Positions 26,175-34,849 of a stretch of 64,000 nucleotides of DNA are shown here, one piece after another; positions within the stretch are counted from its first letter, which is position 1; every line of letters starts with the position of its first letter. Position numbers and translations under genes: made by a program. The DNA is from an uncultured virus (IMG/VR IMGVR_UViG_3300010338_000756) (taxonomy: Duplodnaviria; Heunggongvirae; Uroviricota; Caudoviricetes): IMG/VR virus record IMGVR_UViG_3300010338_000756, one strand, 5' to 3'. Below the pieces are notes generated by a model. The model made no database searches. It was not told the DNA's origin and saw nothing but the letters and a program-made list of their open reading frames with translations.

Positions 26175-26329
26175 TCCATCCTGTTGCTCGGCGGGCGCCG
26201 CTCGTGCGGCCCCGGATAGGGCGCACTCAGGTCGATGTCCTCGCCTCCATCGCGGTATCGCTTGGCGAGCACGAACACCAGCCCCACCGCCAAAGTCACC
26301 GCAAGCGCCACGACCAACTTCGCTGCCAT
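26171..26329 (-). CDS. Small single-pass membrane protein (52 aa; not in the ORF track)
   Basis: MAAKLVVALAVTLAVGLVFVLAKRYRD...; AAGGAG RBS; start and stop coupled to neighbours. Confidence 0.6.
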   Translation of the reverse strand: MAAKLVVALAVTLAVGLVFVLAKRYRDGGEDIDLSAPYPGPHERRPPSNRMD

Positions 26330-26760
26330 CACGTCTCCTTAATCACGGTCAATACGACGCCGGTTCTCGTCGCCACGATGTTGCTTCCACCAGAATCCGC
26401 GGCCACCTCGATTGTGAATGTGCGCGTGTGCGTATTCACAACGGTCGTGTTCACTGTGATGCCGCGATCCACGTTGAGCTGTTGCCACACGCCCGTCGTG
26501 CCACCCGTGATACTCCCGCTTCCTGTTGAGGCCGTTTGCGTGAACCGAACGTAGTAGTTTCCAGCCGCGCTGGTCTTGTTGATCCACGCGCCTTGATCGA
26601 ACACCGTCCCGTTTCGCACGGTCTGAGAGCCGCCATCGGAGCGCAACTCGAAGGCCGCAGACGGGTTCTGGGGCGAGACCCGAGTCGCCGTCTGGGACAA
26701 GTCCGGTATCGCGATCACAATCGGCGAACCGCCGAATGCGCGAATCATCCGAACGCTCAT
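26329..26760 (-). CDS. Small beta-rich tail protein
   Basis: ATGA overlap with the upstream fibre gene; S/T/G-rich. Confidence 0.65.
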   Translation of the reverse strand: MSVRMIRAFGGSPIVIAIPDLSQTATRVSPQNPSAAFELRSDGGSQTVRNGTVFDQGAWINKTSAAGNYYVRFTQTASTGSGSITGGTTGVWQQLNVDRGITVNTTVVNTHTRTFTIEVAADSGGSNIVATRTGVVLTVIKET

Positions 26761-27830
26761 ACGCCGGCCAGCACCCACGTGCTAGAGCCGAGATACGTCA
26801 GCACCGCAGTCCCGTACTCTTCCGGAATCGTGAGCCGACTGCCGGGTGAACGAATCAACTGCGATCCGCTGGTCGCAAACGTGACCGTCCCCGACGTGTA
26901 CCGTATCACGGCCACGGAATCACCCATCGCAAATCCGTGCGAGTCCCCGACCGTGACCGTGAGACCCGCATTGGCTTGCAGTACGTCTTCCACATGCGAT
27001 GAGGAAATGCTGAATGACGAGCTGACCGCCGAGACCGTCGTCGTGATCGCTGCCGCATTGATGTCCGTCAGCAATCCGTCTATCGCGTCCGCTACATGCT
27101 GCGCACTCGCTTTGCGCAGGAAGTCATCGGACCCGTTCGTGACCATGAACTGCGAGACGGTCGGGTTCTCGTTGTTGGAGGACGTCTGATTGAAGTACGT
27201 GGCATACAGGTATCCCGCCGAAGTGCGCGCCGCGATGGTCGAGTTCACCGCGCCAGTGTTCGGAGTCATCCCGCCAAGTTGCGACGAATTGGTGGCGTTC
27301 GTGGCATTCGTGGCATTCGTCGCGTTCGTGGCGTTCGTCGCGTTGGTCGCGTTGGTCGCGTTCGTCGCCGTCGTCGCCGTCGTCGCGCTCGTCGCGCTCG
27401 TGGCGTTGTCCACCACCGTCGCGGGATTCGTGTCGAGCAGATAGCACGCCGTACCGTTCGTGAACACGAGGTTCGTCAGGCCATTGCGAACCGTGACCGC
27501 CGTGCCAACGTCCCCGGTGACGCGCACCGTCTGGCTGTAACCCGTCGAGTTGCGTACCAGATACCACTTCGTCGAGGCCGGCACGTAGATCGTGCGCGTG
27601 GCACCGGGCGAACCCGACAGTTGCAGGATCGCCATGCGCGCCTGATCCGTCACGCCATTGGAACTCGTGAGCGTGACGTTCGATCCAGCCACCGTGACCG
27701 TTTGCAGCCCGGCGATGGCGTCCTCGATCAGTTCCAGTGCCCCGTCGTTCAGGTACTGGCCCCACGTATTCGTGTTGCCACCCGTCTCCTGAATGCGCAG
27801 GCGCAACAGGTTGGAGAATGTGTCAGCCAC
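26757..27830 (-). CDS. Tail fibre-like protein
   Basis: N-terminal Q.TG.NTNTWG anchor-like motif, (TNA)n shaft, C-terminal beta domain. Confidence 0.75.
   Translation of the reverse strand: MADTFSNLLRLRIQETGGNTNTWGQYLNDGALELIEDAIAGLQTVTVAGSNVTLTSSNGVTDQARMAILQLSGSPGATRTIYVPASTKWYLVRNSTGYSQTVRVTGDVGTAVTVRNGLTNLVFTNGTACYLLDTNPATVVDNATSATSATTATTATNATNATNATNATNATNATNATNATNSSQLGGMTPNTGAVNSTIAARTSAGYLYATYFNQTSSNNENPTVSQFMVTNGSDDFLRKASAQHVADAIDGLLTDINAAAITTTVSAVSSSFSISSSHVEDVLQANAGLTVTVGDSHGFAMGDSVAVIRYTSGTVTFATSGSQLIRSPGSRLTIPEEYGTAVLTYLGSSTWVLAGV
27290..27408 (-). repeat. 9-bp tandem repeat encoding (T-N/S/T-A)n
   Basis: ATSATSATTATTATNATNATNA..., about 12-13 units. Confidence 0.9.
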
Positions 27831-27831
27831 G

Positions 27832-28503
27832 TCAGGCCCCCTTCAAGGTCGTTGCGACCGGCTTCATGGGCGCATAGTCGCCGTCGCGGATCGAAATGCG
27901 AAGCATGGCCCGGGCCGCTGGCAGCAGTTCCTCGTAATACTTCGTGCGCATGTCGGCGTACCGATCATCCGCCTTGAGGAAGTGCTCGGCCTCCATGAGA
28001 CAGGCCGCGAAGAGCGCGTCCGGCACCCGCGAGGACAGCCAACTCGTCGCGTCCGGGTCCACCGAGGTCAATACGTCAGGAGCCGTTGTCACGTATCGGT
28101 AGTTCACCGAGTACACCGCATCCGGCGTCGGCACCACGTAGATCGCGTCCGTCTCGCTGTCGATCCAGTACGCCGGCACGCCTTGTGCCGTCGCGTCCGG
28201 CGCGTACATGCGCATGAAGCCCAAGGACCGGCGTTCCAGCGGCCTGTATTGCCCCGAGACGATCAGCCCCACGTCGCGCACCTGCACGCAGGACGCGGGC
28301 TTGTTCACGAGCCGATTGCCGGCCGCCGTGGACACCGAGGCGTCGTCGGCGTCGAAGATTTCGAGGTTCAAGTCCCGCGTCAGCCGCACCTCGCCGAGCC
28401 CGATCATCGTGTCGAGATTGCTCACGAAGTCCGTCGAGGCATAGGACGGCCACGCCTGTATCGCGGCTCGCAAGGTCGTGTACGTCCATGCCACCGCAGG
28501 CAT
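27832..28503 (-). CDS. Head-tail adaptor / tail tubular protein
   Basis: TYTTL..AI, I.LGE.RL.RDL, PTPD..Y, WLS...PDAL..ACL.EA..FLK. Confidence 0.7.
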   Translation of the reverse strand: MPAVAWTYTTLRAAIQAWPSYASTDFVSNLDTMIGLGEVRLTRDLNLEIFDADDASVSTAAGNRLVNKPASCVQVRDVGLIVSGQYRPLERRSLGFMRMYAPDATAQGVPAYWIDSETDAIYVVPTPDAVYSVNYRYVTTAPDVLTSVDPDATSWLSSRVPDALFAACLMEAEHFLKADDRYADMRTKYYEELLPAARAMLRISIRDGDYAPMKPVATTLKGA

Positions 28504-28898
28504 CAGTCGCGCTCCCGCCCGAGCGGAATCCGGGCGACCAGTTCCACTTGGTCAATCGTATTGCGGTCGTACAGGTCGTGGCAGGAGCTGTGATGCTCGT
28601 ACCCGAGCAGCAGCCAGTCCGGCTGAATCGGCCCGAAACCCACCGGCTGACGCAGCCGCACGATGCAGGCCGGATCGGACCCCACCGTGTGCTGCGTGTC
28701 GTAGGCAAACCCGGCTTCCAGCCACGGGCGCCGCTCCGGCGACACCGTGCATCCGGACACCACCATCAGCGCCATGAGCGCGATCACCACGAGCACGAGC
28801 AGCATCGCGCCCTTCGTGTCCTTGTTCCACATGCGAAAGCCCGTGAACATCGCGCAGAACACGGCCACCACGGCCAAGGTCCACTGAAACGTCGTCAC
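28503..28898 (-). CDS. Membrane/lipoprotein-like hypothetical protein
   Basis: Two hydrophobic segments ending VSGC, then beta strands with GYEHHSS. Confidence 0.55.
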   Translation of the reverse strand: MTTFQWTLAVVAVFCAMFTGFRMWNKDTKGAMLLVLVVIALMALMVVSGCTVSPERRPWLEAGFAYDTQHTVGSDPACIVRLRQPVGFGPIQPDWLLLGYEHHSSCHDLYDRNTIDQVELVARIPLGRERD

Positions 28899-28917
28899 GG
28901 CTGCGCCTCCCCGTTCA

Positions 28918-29529
28918 TCACATCGCCCCCCCCGACACCACCACCGCCAGCGCCGAGGTCGGCGTCGGGAACGTGACCTGCAGCGTCTCGGCACTGAGCG
29001 AGTACACCCGCCCGAGATCGTAGATCACGAGCGTGCGGTTCCCGCTCGACAGCGAGTAGATTTCCACGTACCGCACGTCCCCGGTCAGCGAACCCGTCGT
29101 CAGCGTGCCGAAGTTCACCCAATACCGCCCGCTCGACTGGTCGATGGTCGGCGACAGGGCATACCCGCCCGCCGAATACCCGCTCGCCGTCGTCTCACCA
29201 TCGGTCGCGTAGCGCGTGCGCTGGTACACCGAGAACGGCAGCACGGGTTGCAGTAGGGCCGCCCGGATCGTCTCGCTCTCGATGTCCCACATGCTGCCCG
29301 GGACGCCCGCTTCCAGAACGACGTGCTCCGGCGCCGGGCGCCGCAGCGCCACCGGGTCGTCCACTTTCACCGGCTTCTCCTGCGGGTGCTCGCCCTCCCA
29401 CCAGTCGGGGTCCACCAGCATCCCGGGATACCGACCGTCCTGAACCATGTCCCGCAGCAGCAACCGCCGCCCGGAGCGCGCGCATTCTCCCCACGCCTTG
29501 TCGCCCCGGGCGAAGGTCTTGCCCATCAC
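28918..29529 (-). CDS. Virion-module hypothetical protein
   Basis: KAWGECARSG..., EHPQ.KP, DP.ALRRP motifs; coupled in the operon. Confidence 0.7.
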   Translation of the reverse strand: MMGKTFARGDKAWGECARSGRRLLLRDMVQDGRYPGMLVDPDWWEGEHPQEKPVKVDDPVALRRPAPEHVVLEAGVPGSMWDIESETIRAALLQPVLPFSVYQRTRYATDGETTASGYSAGGYALSPTIDQSSGRYWVNFGTLTTGSLTGDVRYVEIYSLSSGNRTLVIYDLGRVYSLSAETLQVTFPTPTSALAVVVSGGAM

Positions 29530-30224
29530 AGCGACCCTCCGAGGCTGAATTCAAGGTCTGCCCGGGAGCGCAGCGCCTCGCGCATGGTCTTCAACGCCCC
29601 GCCTGCCCCGGTCGGCTCCTGCCCGCGGTAGGCGAGTTGCAGCAGCGCATACCGCTCGGGGTTGAATTTCAGCGCCAGCCGCGCGGCGAGCCCCGCCGCT
29701 GCGGCCTCCATCGCTTCCAGCGGGAGCTGCACCGTGTTGGACAACGCCCCGGGGTCTTCCACCACGCGCAGCGCGTTCATCACGATGGTGTCCGTCGCGT
29801 TCTCGCCGGCCGGCCAAATGTACGCCGTCTTGGCCGACAACCCGGCCAGACGCTCGACGTAGAACCTGTCTGGCCGCCCGGTCTTGCTCTTGTCCGGAAT
29901 GGCGAGATAGTCCGCGCGGTCCACCCGCTGCATCGGCGTGTCCATGCCGTCCCGGCGCAGCACCACTTCGAGCACGTCGAGCACGCCGGCCGGCAACGCG
30001 AAGGACTCCATGGCCGCCGCGGTCGTCTGCGTCAGTTGCGCCACCATGAACGGCAGCTCCCCGACACCCGACCACTCGCTTTGCAACATCAGCCGCAGGC
30101 TGCGCAGCGCCGAGTTCACATGGTCCGAACCAACGCCGGACAGGGCGACTCCCGCGCGCTCGAACGCATCTTCCATGATCTGCGCAATCTGAGGGTCGAA
30201 GGTTCGCGTCCCCGTGGTCGCCAT
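29526..30224 (-). CDS. Second head-tail adaptor-like protein
   Basis: MATTGT..F, EDAFERAG, SA.RSL.LM..EW, IPDK...GRP..FY, GLA..LA.K. Confidence 0.7.
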   Translation of the reverse strand: MATTGTRTFDPQIAQIMEDAFERAGVALSGVGSDHVNSALRSLRLMLQSEWSGVGELPFMVAQLTQTTAAAMESFALPAGVLDVLEVVLRRDGMDTPMQRVDRADYLAIPDKSKTGRPDRFYVERLAGLSAKTAYIWPAGENATDTIVMNALRVVEDPGALSNTVQLPLEAMEAAAAGLAARLALKFNPERYALLQLAYRGQEPTGAGGALKTMREALRSRADLEFSLGGSL

Positions 30225-30225
30225 G

Positions 30226-31998
30226 TCAGTTCAGCCCTCGTATCACGAAGCCACGCACCACAGCCCGGTCGCCCGTGCTCGCCGCCGCAGGCGGCTCCGG
30301 AGGCGCCGTCGTGGACGAGAAGGTATCACTGATCCCGCCGATGGTCACAACCGTGTCCGTGGTCGTCGAAACCGCCGCCGCTGTCGTGTGCCGCGCGCGC
30401 ACCGTGTCGCCCGCCGACACCGTACCCGACACCGACACGAAGGAACCGCCGTTGATCGAATACAGGCCGCCCGTGACGGAAATCGCCACTGAGGCCGTGA
30501 TCCCCGTCACGGTAATCGCCGCCGACGTGACCACCGTGCTCTGCGGCTGGTAGTACAGGTCGGTGAACGTGAACGGATCGGGCGAGAGCTGATCCCGTGT
30601 GACACCCGGCGCATACCCCGTCAGCGTGAGCGCCCCGACCTCTGGCGTCACCGAGAGGTCGTCGTACACCTGAATCGTGATGGTCGGCGCATGACCCGAG
30701 ATCGACAGCGAACCGGCGCCCGGCGCGATGGCGTGCAATTGCGACACGCCCACGCTCGGCGCATACCCGGTGAGCGACAGCGATGCCACCCCCGGCGCGA
30801 TGGTCCTCGATTGACTGATCGATACGCTCGGCGCATACCCGGTGAAGGCAAGAGCGCCAACCCCCGGCGTCTGGTAGATCGGCGAAGCCACCGTGGGCGC
30901 GTAGCCAGTGAGCACCAGCGAGCCCGCCGCGGGAGGCTCCACGCCAAGCTCCTGATCCGGCTCGCTCCCCGCGAACGTCAGCGCGCCAGTCCCCGGCGTG
31001 ATCGTCATCGAGGACGAAATGCTCACCCCCGGCGCATAGCCGGTGATCGTGGCCGCTGCCGCATCCGGCGTCTTCGCAACATGCGCGCCGGACTGCACAT
31101 CCGGTGTGTAACCCGTGATCGTGGCAGCACCAGCGCCCGGCACAATCGTCGCGTGCGCGCTGCCCTGCACATCCGGCGCGTAGCCCGTGATCGTGGCCGA
31201 TCCAGCCCCCGGAGTGATCGACGCATTCGCACCCGAATTCACGGTCGGCGCATAGCCGTCGAGCACGATGGTCCCGACGCCCGGCACGATCAGAATGTGA
31301 TCCGAAGCCGATGCGGTAGGCGCATACCCGGTGACGATCAGCGATCCGACGCCCGGCTTGGGACCGCCGCCAATCGGCGGCTCTTCGCTCGATGTCGCGG
31401 CTCCGACGATGGTCGGCGTATTGCCGTTACCGCTCCAATCCGTCGTGTCCGTCGCATTCGCCAGCGGCCACGACAGTCGCAGGTTGGATGTCCGCGCAGC
31501 AGGAGTACTGCTGCTCGGCGTCATCTCGAACTCGGCCGTAATCTCCGCAGTCGAGAGCGCCGCAGACCACTCTCGCACGTAGCGGAAACACCCGAGCGCA
31601 TTGACCCAATCCGAGTTCGCGCCGCAGCTCACATCAACAATGTTGTCGCTGCTGGACCAATTGACCGAGTACACGCTCGACAGCGTGCCCCCGGAATAGA
31701 TGAAACTCGACCAGTCTCCCGTCGAGTGATCGTATCTCAGCGCCAGACCCGCCCAATCTCCATTGCTGAGATTGGTCGTCGCGCTGCTCGCATAGTTCAT
31801 GTACGCGGAGATTTGCGTCGAGGATTCAATCTCAAACTGGATGTATAAACCGGCCTTCCCTAATACGAGAATTACCTGCCCAGACGTGCTGTCGTTCTTT
31901 CGATACCACCCCAACAGCGTCCCTGTCGGCGTGGACCCGAAGGAACTCGCGCCCGTTCTGTAGACTCGTGCGCTACTGTCGTCTAATTCAAGCGACAT
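30226..31998 (-). CDS. LamG/ConA-like domain plus S/T-rich repeat virion protein
   Basis: VREWSAALS.AEI..E and DWSGNGN motifs, followed by 11 PG.G.L..TGYAP repeats. Confidence 0.7.
   Translation of the reverse strand: MSLELDDSSARVYRTGASSFGSTPTGTLLGWYRKNDSTSGQVILVLGKAGLYIQFEIESSTQISAYMNYASSATTNLSNGDWAGLALRYDHSTGDWSSFIYSGGTLSSVYSVNWSSSDNIVDVSCGANSDWVNALGCFRYVREWSAALSTAEITAEFEMTPSSSTPAARTSNLRLSWPLANATDTTDWSGNGNTPTIVGAATSSEEPPIGGGPKPGVGSLIVTGYAPTASASDHILIVPGVGTIVLDGYAPTVNSGANASITPGAGSATITGYAPDVQGSAHATIVPGAGAATITGYTPDVQSGAHVAKTPDAAAATITGYAPGVSISSSMTITPGTGALTFAGSEPDQELGVEPPAAGSLVLTGYAPTVASPIYQTPGVGALAFTGYAPSVSISQSRTIAPGVASLSLTGYAPSVGVSQLHAIAPGAGSLSISGHAPTITIQVYDDLSVTPEVGALTLTGYAPGVTRDQLSPDPFTFTDLYYQPQSTVVTSAAITVTGITASVAISVTGGLYSINGGSFVSVSGTVSAGDTVRARHTTAAAVSTTTDTVVTIGGISDTFSSTTAPPEPPAAASTGDRAVVRGFVIRGLN
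30590..31360 (-). repeat. About 11 degenerate 21-24 aa TGYAP repeats
   Basis: Counted in the translation. Confidence 0.85.
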
Positions 31999-32001
31999 CT
32001 G

Positions 32002-33021
32002 TCATGCCTCAGCGTGCTTGTACAGGTAGAACCAGCCCGTGTCGGTCGCTTGCCGGATGTATGCTGTGACACCATGCTCCGGAATCTCGCACGCGATCAT
32101 GTGATAGCCTGAGCTGCCGAATACTGCAGGCGGAACCCGCGAGCCAGTCAATTGCGTCCATGTCCCTGACCCGGTCGGGTCCAACTCGAACAAATTCCCC
32201 CCTGACAAGCACAGGAAATTTCCACTCACCGGATCACACGAGAATAGCCCCTTATAAATGCCAATCGAACAATTCGCCGGACACGACGTGAGCCCCGTGA
32301 TCGTGCGATCCGAATTCACTCGCCATGCTTGACGCGGTGCGCCGCTGCCGCCGCCCCACACGGCGCAATTGTGTATCGGGCTGTATGCCATAACGGTGTG
32401 GTATCCGCTTCCAGACAACGAAGGGCCACTGCTCGTGAACCACGAGTCACCGACAGGATCGTATCCGGCGACGTTATTGAAGTCACCATCGCAAATGAGG
32501 AAGATTCCCTGACCACCGTGCGCAGGCGTCATCGAGCCAGTCCACCAGCAGGTTCCAGTCGCAACTTGTAGGTGGATCGGAATCGTCGATAGGTTGTTGT
32601 CCCAAGATGGCCCGCCATATTGGAACCGCCAAATTCGCTGGCCCGTGCCGTACCCATATGCCCGGTAGTAGATGTCGCCGTTTGTGGGATTCACTTCGTA
32701 ATGGTCATAACCATGACCATCCGCAGTGCCGATGTTGTTGACGAAGCTCCATGCATTCGTCGCGGCGTCGTACCGCACGTAGCGCATGTTGCCCCATCCG
32801 TGATACTGCGCTATCACTTCGATTCGCTTGGAGATCGGATTCCACGTCCCGGCGTTGCAGTACACGATCATCGTGTCTGCACCACCCGGCCACAGCACAG
32901 CAGTCTGTCCGGAGACACCTGTCAACTCAGCCCACGTACCAGCAGACATGGACGCCGCAAGCGTCCCGAGTGCGGACGATGCTCCTGTCACTGATACCGA
33001 AAATGCGTTGCTCTGTGCCAC
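32002..33021 (-). CDS. Beta-propeller (Kelch-like) protein, probable receptor-binding or accessory virion protein
   Basis: Recurrent YD..TN.W / YDP..D.W blades; visibly lower GC. Confidence 0.6.
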   Translation of the reverse strand: MAQSNAFSVSVTGASSALGTLAASMSAGTWAELTGVSGQTAVLWPGGADTMIVYCNAGTWNPISKRIEVIAQYHGWGNMRYVRYDAATNAWSFVNNIGTADGHGYDHYEVNPTNGDIYYRAYGYGTGQRIWRFQYGGPSWDNNLSTIPIHLQVATGTCWWTGSMTPAHGGQGIFLICDGDFNNVAGYDPVGDSWFTSSGPSLSGSGYHTVMAYSPIHNCAVWGGGSGAPRQAWRVNSDRTITGLTSCPANCSIGIYKGLFSCDPVSGNFLCLSGGNLFELDPTGSGTWTQLTGSRVPPAVFGSSGYHMIACEIPEHGVTAYIRQATDTGWFYLYKHAEA

Positions 33022-33022
33022 G

Positions 33023-34360
33023 TCACACCTGCGGACAGGCGATGGTCGCCTTCGAGAAGATCACTTGGTCGTAGTCGAAATTGAATGCTTCGGTCGAGAA
33101 GGATGACCCGTTGTGGTAGATCGCGAGGATCAACCCGTTCCACCCCGGCAGGTTCGGCGCACCGACGCTATTCGTCCCGCCGCTATAGTGCGCGGTGTAG
33201 AGCGTGTCCCAAATCTTGGTGTAGCTCGTCTCACCCTGATGCGCCGCCCATATCTCGATGCGCGTGCGATTGCTGCCGGTGCCGCCGTCCGTGCCGGGCG
33301 TGATGTGGTATAGCAGCGTATCCCACCCTCCCGAGTATCGCCATGCGACGCTCAGGTTGGAGATGGTGACGGACTCGTTGTCTTGCCCACCTCCAAATGG
33401 CTGGTAGTTGTACCCGCCGTAGATGCGGTGCCGACCGTACTGGCCCACGACATCCTCGCTGGCGGACTGGCCGTAGGTCACGATCTCCTGACTCGTGTAG
33501 GAACTGTTCGTTGTGGTGAGCCACACGTTCTTGCCGGTGATGTTGCTGTATTCGCCGGTGTCCGGCGGCGGGCCGGGCCGCTGCGCTCGTCGTACTCGCA
33601 CCTGTAACCAGAAGTCATGGCCTTGGTACACGCCGGGATAGGACGCCTGATGCGTCGGGTGCATGTACCATCCGGGGTTTGCCTCGTTGCCCCAGTTGTA
33701 GAGCACGCCACCGCCATCGGTTGCGTTGAACGCGACCGGAGTAATAGTGCCGTTCGCGCCGGGATCGTCTTGGCCTCTACCATTGCCGGCACCCGTCAGT
33801 GCATTGAACGGCCGATGCCAGTACGAGTTGCCGCGACCCGATGTGCTGCCCAGTGGATAGGTGAGGCGCATGAAACCGCCGCCGTCCACGCCACCACTTG
33901 CTTGATGCGTTACGTACTGAGCACCAGAGCCGGCCGCCTCCGGATCGTTCCCGCTTCCGTAACCATTCGTCCAGCGGAACTGATTGACCTCGGCCGCCGA
34001 GTCGAAGCTGTGATACCAGACGACATCTGGACCGCTGATCCGCGCATTCCAGTCCGCCGTAGCACTCGCGATGTCCTCAAGGATCACGCCGCTGACGCTG
34101 CCGGCCGATCCCACACCATCGTAGTCGAACGTCCGCGCACGCGAGTTGAGCGTGATCCCGCGCGCCGTCAGCTCGGCAATCTTCGCCGTGTTCTCCACGC
34201 CAGGCGACCCGGACGTGCTGACGATGTACGGACCATACGAGGTCGATGGGGCCTCCTGCGCAAAGGTCTTCTGCGCAGCAGTCCCCTGCTCGAACTCGAT
34301 GTTAGCTACCGGCAGCCAGTCCGAGCGACCCGTGTCCCGAAACTTGACGCGCCACGCCAT
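33023..34360 (-). CDS. Beta-sandwich (lectin/lyase-like) virion-module protein
   Basis: G/S/T/Y/W-rich; FWLQVR, IEIW, DYDQVIFS motifs. Confidence 0.55.
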   Translation of the reverse strand: MAWRVKFRDTGRSDWLPVANIEFEQGTAAQKTFAQEAPSTSYGPYIVSTSGSPGVENTAKIAELTARGITLNSRARTFDYDGVGSAGSVSGVILEDIASATADWNARISGPDVVWYHSFDSAAEVNQFRWTNGYGSGNDPEAAGSGAQYVTHQASGGVDGGGFMRLTYPLGSTSGRGNSYWHRPFNALTGAGNGRGQDDPGANGTITPVAFNATDGGGVLYNWGNEANPGWYMHPTHQASYPGVYQGHDFWLQVRVRRAQRPGPPPDTGEYSNITGKNVWLTTTNSSYTSQEIVTYGQSASEDVVGQYGRHRIYGGYNYQPFGGGQDNESVTISNLSVAWRYSGGWDTLLYHITPGTDGGTGSNRTRIEIWAAHQGETSYTKIWDTLYTAHYSGGTNSVGAPNLPGWNGLILAIYHNGSSFSTEAFNFDYDQVIFSKATIACPQV

Positions 34361-34367
34361 TGCATCG

Positions 34368-34835
34368 TCAAGCCAGCGTAAAGACGCCGTTCGCGTTCGG
34401 GCTGATCGTCAGCGTGTTCGGGCTCGTCACAGTAAACGCCGCCGTCGAGAGCGTGCAGAAGCACAGCACCCGGCCAGTCCCAGCGCCCGTCGAGTTGCGG
34501 ATCAGCGCGTAGCGGATGTTCGAGAGCGACGCACCCGAGGCCGTGAACACGAGCCCCGCGGTCGTGTACGTGAAGCGCATCTGTCGCGCTGACGCGCCCG
34601 TCGTCCACCGGCCCGTCGCCGGCGCAAGATTGCGACCACCCGCCGCGTACCCACCCGTCGCGGAAATCTCCGCAGGGATCGACGTGTTGATCGAGCGCGT
34701 CGAGAGCGCCGCAATCGCCGCCGAGGCCGACGTGCGGTGCAACTGCATCTTGAACACACCAGCGCCGAGCGTGATGTTGCCAGACCCAATTGCACGCTTC
34801 GCGCGTGCATAGAGTTTCCACGGACCTGCGGCCAT
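34368..34835 (-). CDS. Virion structural protein
   Basis: FK..LH, EI...GGY.AGG..L, IRYALI, G.FTL pattern. Confidence 0.65.
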   Translation of the reverse strand: MAAGPWKLYARAKRAIGSGNITLGAGVFKMQLHRTSASAAIAALSTRSINTSIPAEISATGGYAAGGRNLAPATGRWTTGASARQMRFTYTTAGLVFTASGASLSNIRYALIRNSTGAGTGRVLCFCTLSTAAFTVTSPNTLTISPNANGVFTLA

Positions 34836-34849
34836 CTCAATCTCCTTCG

